DNA from: Candidatus Marinacidobacterales bacterium
GTDB taxonomy: Bacteria > Acidobacteriota > Vicinamibacteria > Marinacidobacterales > SMYC01
Assembly (NCBI GenBank): GCA_965224085.1
Contig: CBDCYI010000005.1
Span: 192,001 to 256,000, forward strand
Direction: 5' to 3'
Length of the DNA stretch: 64,000 nt
The notes beneath the pieces were generated by a model. The model did no database searches. It worked only from the letters and a program-made list of their open reading frames with translations, and was not told where the DNA came from. How positions within the stretch are numbered: the first letter of the stretch is position 1; every line of letters begins with the position of its first letter. The position numbers were made by a program, and so were the translations under genes. Below are positions 39,729 through 51,827 of this stretch, piece after piece.

Positions 39729-41132
39729 TCAGTGCGTGGACGATGGCTCTTTCCTCTCCAAGCTGATGTTATGGCGCTTGATCATCTCATTGAGAGTGGT
39801 CGGCTTCAAGCCGAGCAAGCGCGCGGCTTTTTTCTGAACCCCGCCCGAAGTCTCGAGGGACGATTCGATCAGCCTCTTCTCGAAGCCAGTGATGACGTCA
39901 CGGAAGGAGATGCCTTCTTCCGGCACCACGATTCGAGGCACCCGAAACATCGGGCCAGAGCTGACGTGATCGGGAATGAGACCGCGGCCGATGAGCGGAC
40001 CCGAGGCGAGCACTACTGAGCGCTCGATAACGTTCTCGAGCTCGCGGACGTTCCCCGGCCAATCATATTCGAAGAGTGACTGCACGGCCTCGGGAGAAAG
40101 GCGCAGATCGAAACGCCCGTTCTCGTCGCCATATTTTTTGAGAAAGTGCTGGGCCAGAAGAGATACGTCTTCTTTTCTCTGCCGGAGCGGCGGCAAGAAA
40201 AGATTGATGACGTTCAGTCGATAATAGAGGTCTTCACGAAAGTTGTTCTCGTCGACGAGGACTCTGAGATCGCTGTTGGTGGCCGCAATGATCCGCACGT
40301 CCACCCGAATATTGTCGACCCCCCCGAGCCGCATGAACTCCTTTTCTTGAATGACACGCAGCAGCTTGGCTTGAGTCTCGAGGGGGATCGTTCCGATCTC
40401 GTCGAGAAAAATACTGCCGCCATCGGCGATCTCGAAAAGACCTTTCTTGGGGCTGACCGCACCGGTGAAGGCGCCTTTTACGTGGCCGAACAGGTTGCTC
40501 TCCAGCAAGTCCGGGGGAAGGCTCCCAGAGTTGACCGTCACGAAAGGCTTCGATTTCCGCGCGCTGTGATTGTGGATCGCTTTCGCAACGAGCTCCTTCC
40601 CCGTGCCGCTCTCACCCATAATCAACACCGTGCTCTTCGAAGGCGCCACTTGTCGGATGAGTGAGTAAACTTCCTGCATGCGCGGAGACTTTCCGACGAG
40701 AACGTCAAAGCGCTGCCGGTCGCTCAAAGCGGCCTTCAACGTGCGGTTCTCGTCGACGAGGCGCCGCTGCTTCATGCCGTTCGCGACGACCACACGTACT
40801 TCGTCGTTCTTGAACGGCTTCGTCACGTAGTCGAAGGCACCCCGTTTCATCGCTTCGATAGCGGTCTCGACCGACGCGAATGCAGTGATCATGATCGCGA
40901 CGAGCTCGGAGTCGACGCGTTTGAGCTCATCCAAAACGTCGATTCCGGACTGGTCGGGGAGCATGACGTCAACGATGGCCAGGTCGATCGGCTCGCGAGA
41001 CGCGACGGCGATACCGTCCTCACCCGTCGCCGCGAGCTTGACGCGGTAGCCCTCCGACGTTAGAAGCGATTCGAGAATCTCCCGCATCACCTCTTCGTCG
41101 TCGATGACGAGAACGGTTCCCTTTTCTGTCAT
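39729..41132 (-). CDS. Sigma54-dependent response regulator (NtrC family)
   Basis: REC domain, GESGTGKE, GAFTGA, FLDEIG, WPGNVRELEN, Fis-type HTH. Confidence 0.95.
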   Translation of the reverse strand: MTEKGTVLVIDDEEVMREILESLLTSEGYRVKLAATGEDGIAVASREPIDLAIVDVMLPDQSGIDVLDELKRVDSELVAIMITAFASVETAIEAMKRGAFDYVTKPFKNDEVRVVVANGMKQRRLVDENRTLKAALSDRQRFDVLVGKSPRMQEVYSLIRQVAPSKSTVLIMGESGTGKELVAKAIHNHSARKSKPFVTVNSGSLPPDLLESNLFGHVKGAFTGAVSPKKGLFEIADGGSIFLDEIGTIPLETQAKLLRVIQEKEFMRLGGVDNIRVDVRIIAATNSDLRVLVDENNFREDLYYRLNVINLFLPPLRQRKEDVSLLAQHFLKKYGDENGRFDLRLSPEAVQSLFEYDWPGNVRELENVIERSVVLASGPLIGRGLIPDHVSSGPMFRVPRIVVPEEGISFRDVITGFEKRLIESSLETSGGVQKKAARLLGLKPTTLNEMIKRHNISLERKEPSSTH

Positions 41133-41252
41133 ACCAAGAACCCATTGTGGCGCGACTCATTCGCAAGTCCAAAAGACGACCTAAGCACTTCTCGAATCGA
41201 AAACCCGATACGTTCACTCTCCTCACGCGGCCGGGGGCGACGTAGCGCGGCG

Positions 41253-44162
41253 TCAGAGAGTTTGCCGGGCCCGCTCTGTGGTGCTGTCTTCGTCCGCCGC
41301 GTCAGAAGCCTTCATGAGACGTACCAGGAAGCTCGTGCCCTTGCCGAGCGAGCTTTCGACATTGATGTGACCGGAATGCTCCTGAATGATCCCGTACGTG
41401 ATCGAAAGCCCCAAACCGGTTCCACTGGAACCCGCTCGCTTCGTCGTAAAGAACGGATCATAGATACGTTTGACATCCTCGAGGCCGATGCCTTGGCCGG
41501 TATCCGCCACGGTGGCAACGACCTCGTCACCGCGCATCGCGGTCGAGAGCGTTAGCCAGCCCCCCGACGGCATCGCATCCTGGGCGTTGAGGATGAGATT
41601 CAAGAAGACTTGCTGCAATTTGTTCTCGTCTCCCATGACTTCGGGGAGAACTTCCGCGAACTCGAGTCTAACCTTGATACGCGAGCGCGTCAGCTGGTGC
41701 TCGAGTAGCGACAAGACGTCACGGATGACTTCGTTGAGCTGAACCGCGACAAAACCCGCGCGGCCTTGCCGGGCAAAGTTCAGAAGGTTGTTGACGATCT
41801 TGGAGGCGCGCTCGGTTTGGCGCTCGATCTTCTCGAGAAGCTTCGATTTCGGATCGTCCTCACCGGTCTGGTCTTGGAGCATTTGGGTGAAGCTGCTGAT
41901 CCCGGTCAAAGGCGTGTTGACTTCGTGGGCGACGCCGGCGGCGAGAAGGCCCAGAGAAGCCATTTTCTCCCGCAGCTTGAGCTGCGTTTCCATCTCGACA
42001 CGCGCGGTCACGTCTTCTAAAATGACGATCGTGCCCTCGGGATCGGCCTTGTCGGTCACAAAGGGCGCGACTTGAAGCTTCACGACTTTTTCCTCGTCGC
42101 GGAGATTCGTCAAGTTCAGGCGCGAGATCCCGCTGGTTTCGGCCCGGCCCCACCACGCCTCGCCCATCGAGGCCCCGAGAGTGTCGCACAATGAGGCAGG
42201 AAAAAGGTCTCCGAAGGAGCGTCCCATCGCTTTTTCACGCGTCAAACCGTAGAGGCTTTCTAGCGCTCGGTTGAAGCGCACCACCCGACCTTCGAGATCG
42301 AGCACCAAGATTCCGGCTTCTAGCGATTCGATGGTGTGCTCGCTGTGCTCCTTGAGCGCTTCGAACTCCTCCGCCTTGCGCTCGAGAGATTGGTACAGCC
42401 GGGCGTTTTCGAGCGCGGTCGCCGCCTGCCCCGAGAGCATCGTGAGCAAATCCATGTCCTCGCTCGATAACGCGCTTTGGTCCCAGCGCCTCCCCAGCAA
42501 GATGACGCCCACGACTTTGTCATGCGAGCGGCATGGGATGGCGTATTGCAGGTTGTCGATGGCGAGACCGTCGCCCTCTTCACCTTTGGCGAAGTTCCTC
42601 ATAGGGTCCCAGTCGAACTCCCCGTAATAGACGGCCTCTCCCGCAGCGAGCCGATTGTAGAGCGGCGAGTCCTCGGCAACCTGAACGCTCTTCCGCTCAT
42701 CGTCGGTGAGACCGAGGCCCGCTTGTAGGCGCAGCGCATCAGCAAACGGGACGAGAAGAGCGACCTTCTCGACTTCGAACGTGTCGCCGATCCGCTCGAC
42801 GAGGCGCGAAGACAGACGATCGAGGTCGAGATGCGCGTTCAAGTCCCGTGAAAAGGCGAGAAGCGCACGGCGGTAGTCGTAACGCTCGCGGTAGAACAAC
42901 CGATCGATAGTGTTTTGGATACGGCTCTTGATGGGCGTAAATAGCAGTACCACGACGATCGCGGACAAGAGCGCGAGAATCGTGCTGTGCTCGTCGCCCA
43001 CCATGTAGTTCGCGCTTGCCAAAAAGATCGCGAGGTAAAGGCCGCCAATGACCGCCGTCGCGAGCGTCAAGACCATCCCGCGCTTGAACAGCACCTCCAC
43101 GTCCATCAAGCGGTACTTGACGATCGCGTAGGCAAACGAGAGCGGGATGAACGCGAGCGGTACGACGGAAAGCTCCATCGTAAGCGTCGGGCTGACCCCG
43201 AACAAGTAGGGCACGGCATAAAACAGCGCGAAAGGCAGCGAGCCGAATCCGGTGCCCCACACGATCCACTTCGTCTGTTTCTTGACGGTGATGCTGCGCG
43301 AGCTCCGATGCGAGCTCACGAAGGCCGCGAAGGCCAGCAGCGACATGAGGGAGCCGAAGGCCGGGATGATCCGGTTAAGGAAGCTGCTCGTGCCCACGAA
43401 GAGTTGAACACCCCAGGTGAAGCTCGAGAAAAAAGCTATCTCGGCAGTTAGGCTCGCATAGAGAAGAACCACAGAAGGAAGGTAAAGCGCCCACAGAACC
43501 AACGGGCGCCTCTCGACCATCGTTTGTTTGGTCGGAAAACAGAGGGCGAAGTGCAAAAAGATTGGCGGGAAGAACAATAGTCCCACGCGATCGATCCAGA
43601 AAAAGGCCGTGTCCCAACCGTCGAGTGCCCCGGTAAAAGAAAAGCCGTAGCCGAGAAACCAGAACAAGCAGAGCAAGTAAAAGTGCGCGGTCGCCGCGAC
43701 CCCGCGACGACGCACGTAGACGACGGTCCCGACGCCGAGCGAGAAAATACCCACAGCCGCGAGAAAAAAGTAAGCGGGAACGTTGCCCTTCGGGAGTGGA
43801 GCGACGATCAGTGCGAGCGCCTGTCGCTCTTGCTCGCGGATGATCTGATAGGCGAGCTCCTCACCGTCGCGCGAAGCGTCGAGCGCCCGGCGCACGTCTG
43901 ACGCCGCCACCACGGGCTCGTTCGCGAGCAACACGAGAACGTCCCCGACACGAAGCCCGGCCCGTGACGCTGGGCTGTCGGGATCGACGCGTTTCGCATA
44001 GACGCGGCCTAGATGGTCGTCCCAAAAAACGCCGTCATCGAGACTTTGGAACCCGGACTTGAGCTGGATGTTATGGAGCGAGAGCGCGAGCAGGATCGCG
44101 CTCGTCAGCAAGACGAGCGGAATTTTCCACGATCCGGAATCACGCTGCGCCACGTTGGTCAT
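41253..44162 (-). CDS. Membrane sensor histidine kinase (PDZ, multi-TM, GAF, PAS, HisKA, HATPase)
   Basis: SPA.RAGLR.GD PDZ; AHEVNTPL; QVFLNL..NA.DAM; FFTTK; GTGLGL. Confidence 0.92.
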   Translation of the reverse strand: MTNVAQRDSGSWKIPLVLLTSAILLALSLHNIQLKSGFQSLDDGVFWDDHLGRVYAKRVDPDSPASRAGLRVGDVLVLLANEPVVAASDVRRALDASRDGEELAYQIIREQERQALALIVAPLPKGNVPAYFFLAAVGIFSLGVGTVVYVRRRGVAATAHFYLLCLFWFLGYGFSFTGALDGWDTAFFWIDRVGLLFFPPIFLHFALCFPTKQTMVERRPLVLWALYLPSVVLLYASLTAEIAFFSSFTWGVQLFVGTSSFLNRIIPAFGSLMSLLAFAAFVSSHRSSRSITVKKQTKWIVWGTGFGSLPFALFYAVPYLFGVSPTLTMELSVVPLAFIPLSFAYAIVKYRLMDVEVLFKRGMVLTLATAVIGGLYLAIFLASANYMVGDEHSTILALLSAIVVVLLFTPIKSRIQNTIDRLFYRERYDYRRALLAFSRDLNAHLDLDRLSSRLVERIGDTFEVEKVALLVPFADALRLQAGLGLTDDERKSVQVAEDSPLYNRLAAGEAVYYGEFDWDPMRNFAKGEEGDGLAIDNLQYAIPCRSHDKVVGVILLGRRWDQSALSSEDMDLLTMLSGQAATALENARLYQSLERKAEEFEALKEHSEHTIESLEAGILVLDLEGRVVRFNRALESLYGLTREKAMGRSFGDLFPASLCDTLGASMGEAWWGRAETSGISRLNLTNLRDEEKVVKLQVAPFVTDKADPEGTIVILEDVTARVEMETQLKLREKMASLGLLAAGVAHEVNTPLTGISSFTQMLQDQTGEDDPKSKLLEKIERQTERASKIVNNLLNFARQGRAGFVAVQLNEVIRDVLSLLEHQLTRSRIKVRLEFAEVLPEVMGDENKLQQVFLNLILNAQDAMPSGGWLTLSTAMRGDEVVATVADTGQGIGLEDVKRIYDPFFTTKRAGSSGTGLGLSITYGIIQEHSGHINVESSLGKGTSFLVRLMKASDAADEDSTTERARQTL

Positions 44163-44206
44163 TCACTTCTCGATACGATTCTTCGTACGCTATCCTACTT
44201 CCTAAT

Positions 44207-44222
44207 AGCAAGTTCTATACCG
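44207..44222 (-). promoter_or_regulatory. Putative sigma54 (-24/-12) promoter of kinase/regulator operon
   Basis: Minus strand CGGTATAGAACTTGCT: GG-N10-GC with TTGCT, 45 bp upstream of the kinase ATG. Confidence 0.55.
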
Positions 44223-44361
44223 GGTTCCCGTCGACTGCCGATAATCTAAATCACTCAATTAGAACAAGTTAACGTTCGCATCCAAGGCAGTCGCCGACAC
44301 GAATCCAGAATAATGGATACGGAATCCAAAAACAAGGATCGTGAGGGGGTGAGAGGCGGCG

Positions 44362-46158
44362 CTAAAAGCGAACGGTTACGCCGCCCAATACGCGCCGGGG
44401 AGCGTGGATGACGGCCATCTCGTCCAAAAAGGACGCGCTTTCGAAGTCTTCGTAGAACAGGTTCCGCAAAGCCACCATGACCTCCCAGCTCGTGCCGTCC
44501 CAGCTGACGAATGGAAGTAGCTGATAGACTTGGATGTTGAAGCGAGAATCGCGCTTCGAGCTCGTCGCAAATCCCTGGCCGCCGGGCGCGAAGGTCGGAT
44601 GGCTGATGAATCGATAAGCCGCTTGAACGCGCGTCTGCGTGCGGTCGATGGACGTGGCCACTTGAGTGGTCAGGTCGTGGATTTCGTCGTCGGGTAAAGC
44701 CGCAGCGCCGCGCCGCGGCGTGAGCGCGCTCCCCATGCCGAACGTGTAGGCTACCGAGCCTTCCGTGGCACCAAAGCTCTGGGAAAGGGATAGGCCAACG
44801 CCCCGGGTGCGAAAATCACCTTGGTTTCGGACGGTGAAATGCCCGGCACCCTCCATACTCGCATGGTCTTTCGTATAAACCTTCGCGAGTTGATCGGCGG
44901 CGTTTTCCTGGAACATGCGAACGGCCACCCGAGTTCGCTGGCTCAGCTGCCGCTCGAGACCGAGCTGGACACTCGCCGTGCGCTGACCCTTGAGAAACGA
45001 GCGTTTCGCCGGCGTGGGACCGTAGACATCCGAAAAAGCCACCTGCGACAACAGGCCAATGTCCTCACCGCCCGGTGCAAGAACGCGATAGTCGACCGAT
45101 CCGCGAACGACCGTCCGTGAACCCGAGCCTACAGGATAGGCGAGCTCCATCCGCGGGGACACATAACCTGACTTGTCCAGAAAACTGTAATGCTCGTACG
45201 CAACTCCCGCGTGAACCGAGGCGGAGCCGATCTCGAACGTATCCGATGCGTAAGCCGAGCCAAACCACTCGATGGAACGTGCGCCCATCTGGCGAAACGA
45301 GAGCGCTGCTTCCGGCGGGCGGAAATCGTCGAGATCTCCGTAAAGGTAGTTGCCGTAGGTCACGCCCGCCGAGAGCTGATGGTTACCCGCGGTTGCTTTG
45401 GAGTACTCGGCTCGACCGGCCCAAGAAGAAAGGGCCGACTCGAGCACTTGCGCGCTGACAAGCCAGTGACCGTTCTGGTTTTCGTTCGGGATGAACAGAC
45501 GCGCGTAGGCGAGCCGACCGTCCAATCCAGCACCGGCGCCTGGAAATTCGTTGAGCCCGTCGTCGAAGGCGGCCACGCGCACCCCGAACTCCCCTCCAAT
45601 CGAGGCTTCGCGGAACGCGAGCTCGGTCCCCCCCCCAAAATCGTCGAGCTCGAGCGCGACACTGGGGATGGACCATTCTTCATCTCGCAATAGGTTGCGA
45701 TCGGCGTGCTGCAACAACCAGCGCAGCTCCGCCAGAGCGCGCTCGCGGCCGGCTTCGACTGGCGGCTCCGACCCATCGCTCCCATCCGTTGTCGTCAAGC
45801 TCATCATGATCGAGCCGACTTGCTCCATCCCCTCTTTGATCACGACGCGCGCATAGGCGGAAGGCAGAAATCCCGAAAGGTAGGCGCGCAGCCGGTAGAT
45901 ACCCGGAGGCATCGCACTCACTTGGAACTGTCCCGCCTCGTCACTCACGGCGATGAGGGCTCCCCGGGCCAGGTTCTTGCCGAACACCGAGATCACAGCG
46001 CCGACGAGAGGCTCCCCGACCTCGTCCTGGACTTCGCCTTGGAGCTTGATAGTGAAGCGCGACGGGCCTTCAGCGGAAGCCACCCCGGGCCCGAAAGCCC
46101 CGGGCCCGAAAGTAAGACCCAGAACACTGCAGAAGAACAGGCAGCGCGTATTCGTCAT
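44362..46158 (-). CDS. Carboxypeptidase-regulatory domain + TonB-receptor-like outer-membrane barrel
   Basis: G.V.DE.GEPL.GA N-domain; C-terminal alternating strand ending in F (PRRVLGGVTVRF). Confidence 0.65.
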   Translation of the reverse strand: MTNTRCLFFCSVLGLTFGPGAFGPGVASAEGPSRFTIKLQGEVQDEVGEPLVGAVISVFGKNLARGALIAVSDEAGQFQVSAMPPGIYRLRAYLSGFLPSAYARVVIKEGMEQVGSIMMSLTTTDGSDGSEPPVEAGRERALAELRWLLQHADRNLLRDEEWSIPSVALELDDFGGGTELAFREASIGGEFGVRVAAFDDGLNEFPGAGAGLDGRLAYARLFIPNENQNGHWLVSAQVLESALSSWAGRAEYSKATAGNHQLSAGVTYGNYLYGDLDDFRPPEAALSFRQMGARSIEWFGSAYASDTFEIGSASVHAGVAYEHYSFLDKSGYVSPRMELAYPVGSGSRTVVRGSVDYRVLAPGGEDIGLLSQVAFSDVYGPTPAKRSFLKGQRTASVQLGLERQLSQRTRVAVRMFQENAADQLAKVYTKDHASMEGAGHFTVRNQGDFRTRGVGLSLSQSFGATEGSVAYTFGMGSALTPRRGAAALPDDEIHDLTTQVATSIDRTQTRVQAAYRFISHPTFAPGGQGFATSSKRDSRFNIQVYQLLPFVSWDGTSWEVMVALRNLFYEDFESASFLDEMAVIHAPRRVLGGVTVRF

Positions 46159-46298
46159 GGTCGCATCCCACAAGTGGGCGCCTCCGCCGATTCTATGCGT
46201 ATGGGACTCCACAGCTTGAAAGGATATGAAGGCAGATCCATACCCAAAGACACTCCCGTCGTCATTCGATAAAATACCCCACTGCTGACCTGTTTTGA

Positions 46299-47651
<1,353 letters not shown>

Positions 47652-47670
47652 GAGCTGAAGACTGAAGGTT

Positions 47671-47970
47671 CTACTTCTCTTCGTCTATCGCGATTTTTAG
47701 CGAGCGGAGAAATTTCCGGTCGAGCGTGCTCATCCGAAATTGCGCGTCGCTTTCATTGACAACGCCGGCAACTTCCTCGACTTGTTTTTGATCGAGCTCG
47801 CCGACGGGAGCGAAAGCGAGAGTTGCCTGCAATACGAGCGAAAGCTCATAGCCCTGATCGCGAACCCGCGTCAAGCATTCTTCGACTTGCGGCGAGCTTG
47901 AGATGGCCTGTTCGATACTCTTCTCGAGGTTCTGAACCAGCCGCAGGAGCTTCTCGTTACCTTGTTGCAA
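47671..47970 (-). CDS. Small conserved hypothetical protein
   Basis: Plausible helical protein ending DRKFLRSLKIA; TTG start. Confidence 0.55.
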   Translation of the reverse strand: MQQGNEKLLRLVQNLEKSIEQAISSSPQVEECLTRVRDQGYELSLVLQATLAFAPVGELDQKQVEEVAGVVNESDAQFRMSTLDRKFLRSLKIAIDEEK

Positions 47971-48047
47971 AAATTGGCCTCGCGTATAGACCCATACGCC
48001 TAAGCCGGATCATAGCAAACAAAAAGCGCGGACGCATGCTCCGCGGT

Positions 48048-48374
48048 TCAGAACAGGAGCGCTTCAACGTGGTCCTCCACGTGCCACACATAAGTGAAGC
48101 GTGGGAAGAAATTCATGAACAGCTCGTAGCGGACGTCGATAATCGTCTTGCTCTGCTCCTGGTCGCGCGTAACGTGGAGGTTCTCCGAGACCACAACGAT
48201 GCTACGGCTCGCGGCAGCGTCCATAACTTTCTGGCGCAGAACAGAGGCGTCCTCTAGCACAGGAGAGTTCGCGATGACCGTGAGCTCGTTCAAGAAGCTG
48301 AAGCGCGCGATGACGGCCGGCGTGGCCTGAAACACGAGATAAGCGACCAGACAAAGGAAGGTGAGCTCGATCAT
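48048..48374 (-). CDS. Small single-TM hypothetical protein (DUF4845-like)
   Basis: N-terminal hydrophobic segment then a short alpha/beta domain; ATG 48374. Confidence 0.45.
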   Translation of the reverse strand: MIELTFLCLVAYLVFQATPAVIARFSFLNELTVIANSPVLEDASVLRQKVMDAAASRSIVVVSENLHVTRDQEQSKTIIDVRYELFMNFFPRFTYVWHVEDHVEALLF

Positions 48375-48645
48375 GGTTCTCACCCGGATAGCACCCGTAT
48401 GACTTTTAGTGCTCCGAGCAGACCGAGCGCGGGTGCAGATACCGTTTTTCAGCAGCCTGCTAGCGCGACTCTGCATATTGACCCTCTCCCAGAGCAACTA
48501 GACAGACTAGTCGAATTCCTGGGTGAATCTGTTGATTCTAGTGATCACGGGCGAGTAGGGAAAGCACTTTTATGGCGTCGTGGTATCGTCGCCCAGTGCT
48601 CGGAACTCCCAAGTCACGGATTCCGTTAAGTTCTCTGAGTACAAC

Positions 48646-49490
48646 ATGACGTTACTACGCGCACACGACCTCACCGTTCGATACGGCAACAAAGAGGCGC
48701 TCACTTCTCTCTCGCTCGATCTCGACGCGGGTGTGATCGGCCTTTTAGGACCGAACGGAGCTGGCAAGTCCACGCTTCTCAAGACGCTCCTCGGCTTTCT
48801 CGAGCCGAGTCGGGGAAGTGCCGAGGTCCTCGGGCTTCCGATTGGCAAAAGCGGCCATTCGCTCCGCCAACGCTTGGGCTATTTTCCGGAGCGTCCCGTC
48901 CTCGTTCCCGGTTTGACCTCAATCGAGACGGTTGCGCTCGCGGGCGAGATCGGCGGCCTCGCACGGACGGATGCGCTCGCGCGAGCGCATGAAGTTCTTT
49001 GGTTCAGCGGGCTCGGCGAAGCCCGCTATCGCCTTGTCGAGGAATTCTCGACGGGCATGCAACAACGAACGAAGCTCGCGATGTCGCTCGTACACGATCC
49101 TGACTTCGTCTTGCTCGACGAGCCGACGAGCGGTCTCGATCCGGTGGGACGCCGGCAGATGCTGGACCTCGTGCGGGAGATCGGTGAACGCGGCGTCTCC
49201 GTCCTACTTTCCACCCACCTTCTTCACGACGTGGAGAGCGTCTGCGACAGCGTCGTGCTCCTGGACAAGGGTAAGCTCGCGCTTCAAGGCAGGCTGTCCG
49301 AGCCGAAACAGCACCCCGGATGGGTCTACGAAATTCGCGTCCGGGAGGACGAGCCGGGCGCTTTCCGAGACGCGCTCGCGGGGCGCGGGCTTCCGATCGA
49401 AGAAGATCAGGACGGACAGCTCCGCATTACGCTCGAGGAGCGCCCTACGCGCTTTCTGTTCGAAGTTGCGCGCGCTTCCGGGGCCGAGAT
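48646..49490 (+). pseudogene. ABC transporter ATPase, 3' end cut by IS5
   Basis: GPNGAGKS, FSTGMQQR, LDEPTSGLD; reads into the IS5 TIR; permease partners absent. Confidence 0.8.
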
Positions 49491-50579
49491 TGCCTTGGTG
49501 CACAACTCGCGATCTCGGTCCACAATTGTCCTGTACTCGCGGATACGAGGTTCCCCATGAGCATTTTCAAACGCACTCAGCGGAAGTATGTGAAGAAGGC
49601 CTATCGCGTGAGGAATTGGCGTGAATATGAGGCGGGTCTACGCAACCGCGGGAGCCTGACCGTCTGGATCTCGCTCACCGCCGGCAAGCTTGTGAACTGG
49701 GACGCGCCCCGGCCAAGGAGGAGGAAACCGGGCCGTCAACGCAAGTACTCGAACCACGCCATCGAGACGGCTGTCACCCTGGGCATGGTGTTTCATCTGT
49801 CGTCTAGGCAGAGCGAGGGATTGCTGCGATCGTTGTTCGCTCTGATGAAGCTAGACAATGATGTGCCCGATCACACCACGATCTCGAGGCGCAAGGCGAA
49901 GCTGGGTAAGGTCCCCTTCTACCAAGACAAGCAGAAGACGCCGTTGCACATCTTGTTCGACAGCAGCGGTCTCGCTGTCCACGCCGGCCAGCTGCGCAGA
50001 GCACCAAATAGCAGGGACTATCGCAAGCTCCATCTGTGTGTCGACGAGCAGAGTGGCGAAGTCGTCGCCGGCGAGCTGACGAGCAAAAGAGCCCGCGATT
50101 CATCGCGGGTTGCATCGCTTGTCGGACAGAGCGACAGTCCCATCTCATCGGCCAGAGCTGACACCGCATACGACGCCAGCGGCGTCTATGAGGCAATCGA
50201 GAATCACAGCGCTCATCGCTCGCCGAGGGTGCTGATACCGCCGCGCAAGGGCGCCCTGCTCGCATCGGGGCCGGCGAGCAGCCGACAGCGCAATCGCAAC
50301 ATTGCAGCACAAGCTCGGCTCGGCAAACGAAAGTGGCACACAGAATCGGGCTACAGCAAACGGAGCAAAGTCGAGACAACGTTCCATCGCTACAAGGCTA
50401 TCGTGGGCTCAGCGATGCGAGCGAGAGGGTTGGCGGCACAGAGAGTCGAGGCAAGGATCGGGTGCAAGATTCTCAACACCATGACGGCGCTCGGGATGCC
50501 TGATAGCGAGATGATCGGATGATGGGAGTCGGGGCCAAGCGAGCTCTCGGCCTCTATCGGAGTTGTGCACCAAGGCAGC
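49488..50579 (+). mobile_element. IS5-family element copy B
   Basis: TIR TGCCTTGGTGCACAACTC / GAGTTGTGCACCAAGGCA; no TSD evident. Confidence 0.88.
49557..50522 (+). CDS. IS5 (IS903-like) transposase
   Basis: NW.EY...L..RGSLT.W, PDHTT.SRR, DSSGL, RKLH, ADTAYD, GY..RS.VET motifs. Confidence 0.92.
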   Translation: MSIFKRTQRKYVKKAYRVRNWREYEAGLRNRGSLTVWISLTAGKLVNWDAPRPRRRKPGRQRKYSNHAIETAVTLGMVFHLSSRQSEGLLRSLFALMKLDNDVPDHTTISRRKAKLGKVPFYQDKQKTPLHILFDSSGLAVHAGQLRRAPNSRDYRKLHLCVDEQSGEVVAGELTSKRARDSSRVASLVGQSDSPISSARADTAYDASGVYEAIENHSAHRSPRVLIPPRKGALLASGPASSRQRNRNIAAQARLGKRKWHTESGYSKRSKVETTFHRYKAIVGSAMRARGLAAQRVEARIGCKILNTMTALGMPDSEMIG

Positions 50580-50765
50580 GTTGCGCCAGTGACGCCTCGT
50601 CCGGGACCCGGCATTCTGACGAGCGATGAATTTATTTATCAGCGGCGAGACAGTTGATCGGCCGTAGCGATCTTGCCGGCCTACAATTCGCTTCGTTTAG
50701 TCACTTGCACACAACGTGCTCTGATTCTAGAATGGGCTTCGTATCGATCTCATTTTGGAGGCAGG

Positions 50766-51731
50766 ATGGAACTCCTACCACTGGAGCACTTCATAGCAGT
50801 CGTCGAGGAGAGATCCTTCTCTCGGGCGGCCGAAAAGGTCCTTCGAACGCAGCCGGCGGTCAGCCAGAGCATCAAAAAGCTCGAAGAGGAGATCGGAACT
50901 CCTCTCTTTGCGAGGGATACGCCCGAGCTTGCCTTGACCGAGGCCGGCAAAGTCCTGCTTGACTATGCGCACCGGATGCTCAGTCTCCGCTACGAGGCCT
51001 TCGACGATTTGGCGCAATTGAAAAGCTTGAACGGCGGCACAGTCACGATCGCCGCGCACGAGTCCGCCGCACATTATCTCCTGCCCAGTGCGCTGCGAGA
51101 CTATGCGAAAAAGTTCCCCAGAATCAAAATCGAGCTTCACGGCACTCCGGTCAGCGAAATCTCGGAGAAAGTGTTGGAACGGGAGGTCGACCTGGGTTTC
51201 GTCGTCGAGAAACCCGCCTTCCATGAGCTTCGCTCGGTACCGGTCTACTCAGACGCGCTCATTCTGCTCGCCCCGGCCAGTCACCCGCTGGCCGGGCAGC
51301 GGACCGTTTGCTTCGAGGACCTCGAACAAGAACCTCTCGTCGTGCACAACCGTTGCAAAAGTATCTTAAGCATGACGATGCAGCTATTTCGCCGGAACAA
51401 CATACCCTTCCGAGTCGCTGTCGAGCTGCCAAGCTTTGAGTGCATGAAGACTTTCGTTCGAGAAGGTGTGGGACTGGCAATTTTGCCCCGTCTAGCAGCG
51501 CTTCGAGAATTGCGAGAAGGCACGTTGGTGGAGATCCCGTTGCAGGGCCTCGACATCGAGAGGCGAACTTTCATGATAGATAGGGATGAGCGCTACCTGT
51601 CGCACCCAGCACAAGAGTTCCGCAAACTCGTGAAAGCCTTCGTGAACGTCGCCTCGTGCAGCGAAGCGCATCGCGACGAGGCAGTACTAGCTTCCTTGTA
51701 CGACACCGAGAGAGAAATCGCCCACAAATAG
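50766..51731 (+). CDS. LysR-family transcriptional regulator
   Basis: SFSRAA..V.RTQPAVSQSIKKLEEEIG..LF.R HTH plus PBP2 domain. Confidence 0.93.
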   Translation: MELLPLEHFIAVVEERSFSRAAEKVLRTQPAVSQSIKKLEEEIGTPLFARDTPELALTEAGKVLLDYAHRMLSLRYEAFDDLAQLKSLNGGTVTIAAHESAAHYLLPSALRDYAKKFPRIKIELHGTPVSEISEKVLEREVDLGFVVEKPAFHELRSVPVYSDALILLAPASHPLAGQRTVCFEDLEQEPLVVHNRCKSILSMTMQLFRRNNIPFRVAVELPSFECMKTFVREGVGLAILPRLAALRELREGTLVEIPLQGLDIERRTFMIDRDERYLSHPAQEFRKLVKAFVNVASCSEAHRDEAVLASLYDTEREIAHK

Positions 51732-51827
51732 ATCGAACGCCAGCCGGTCGTGGCTCATGATCTGGCCTTTGTTACCTAACCGCCATGCTCCGTGTACTCA
51801 TTTTCGTCGTCTCTGGAGGCACAAAGC

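Noticed and set aside
46083-46112. 15-bp tandem duplication CCCCGGGCCCGAAAG
   Set aside because: An in-frame duplication within the signal-peptide region; no evidence of phase variation.
49320-49556. Extended IS5 transposase or ABC-transposase fusion
   Set aside because: An open frame overlapping the ABC gene; comparison with copy A fixes the start at ATG 49557.
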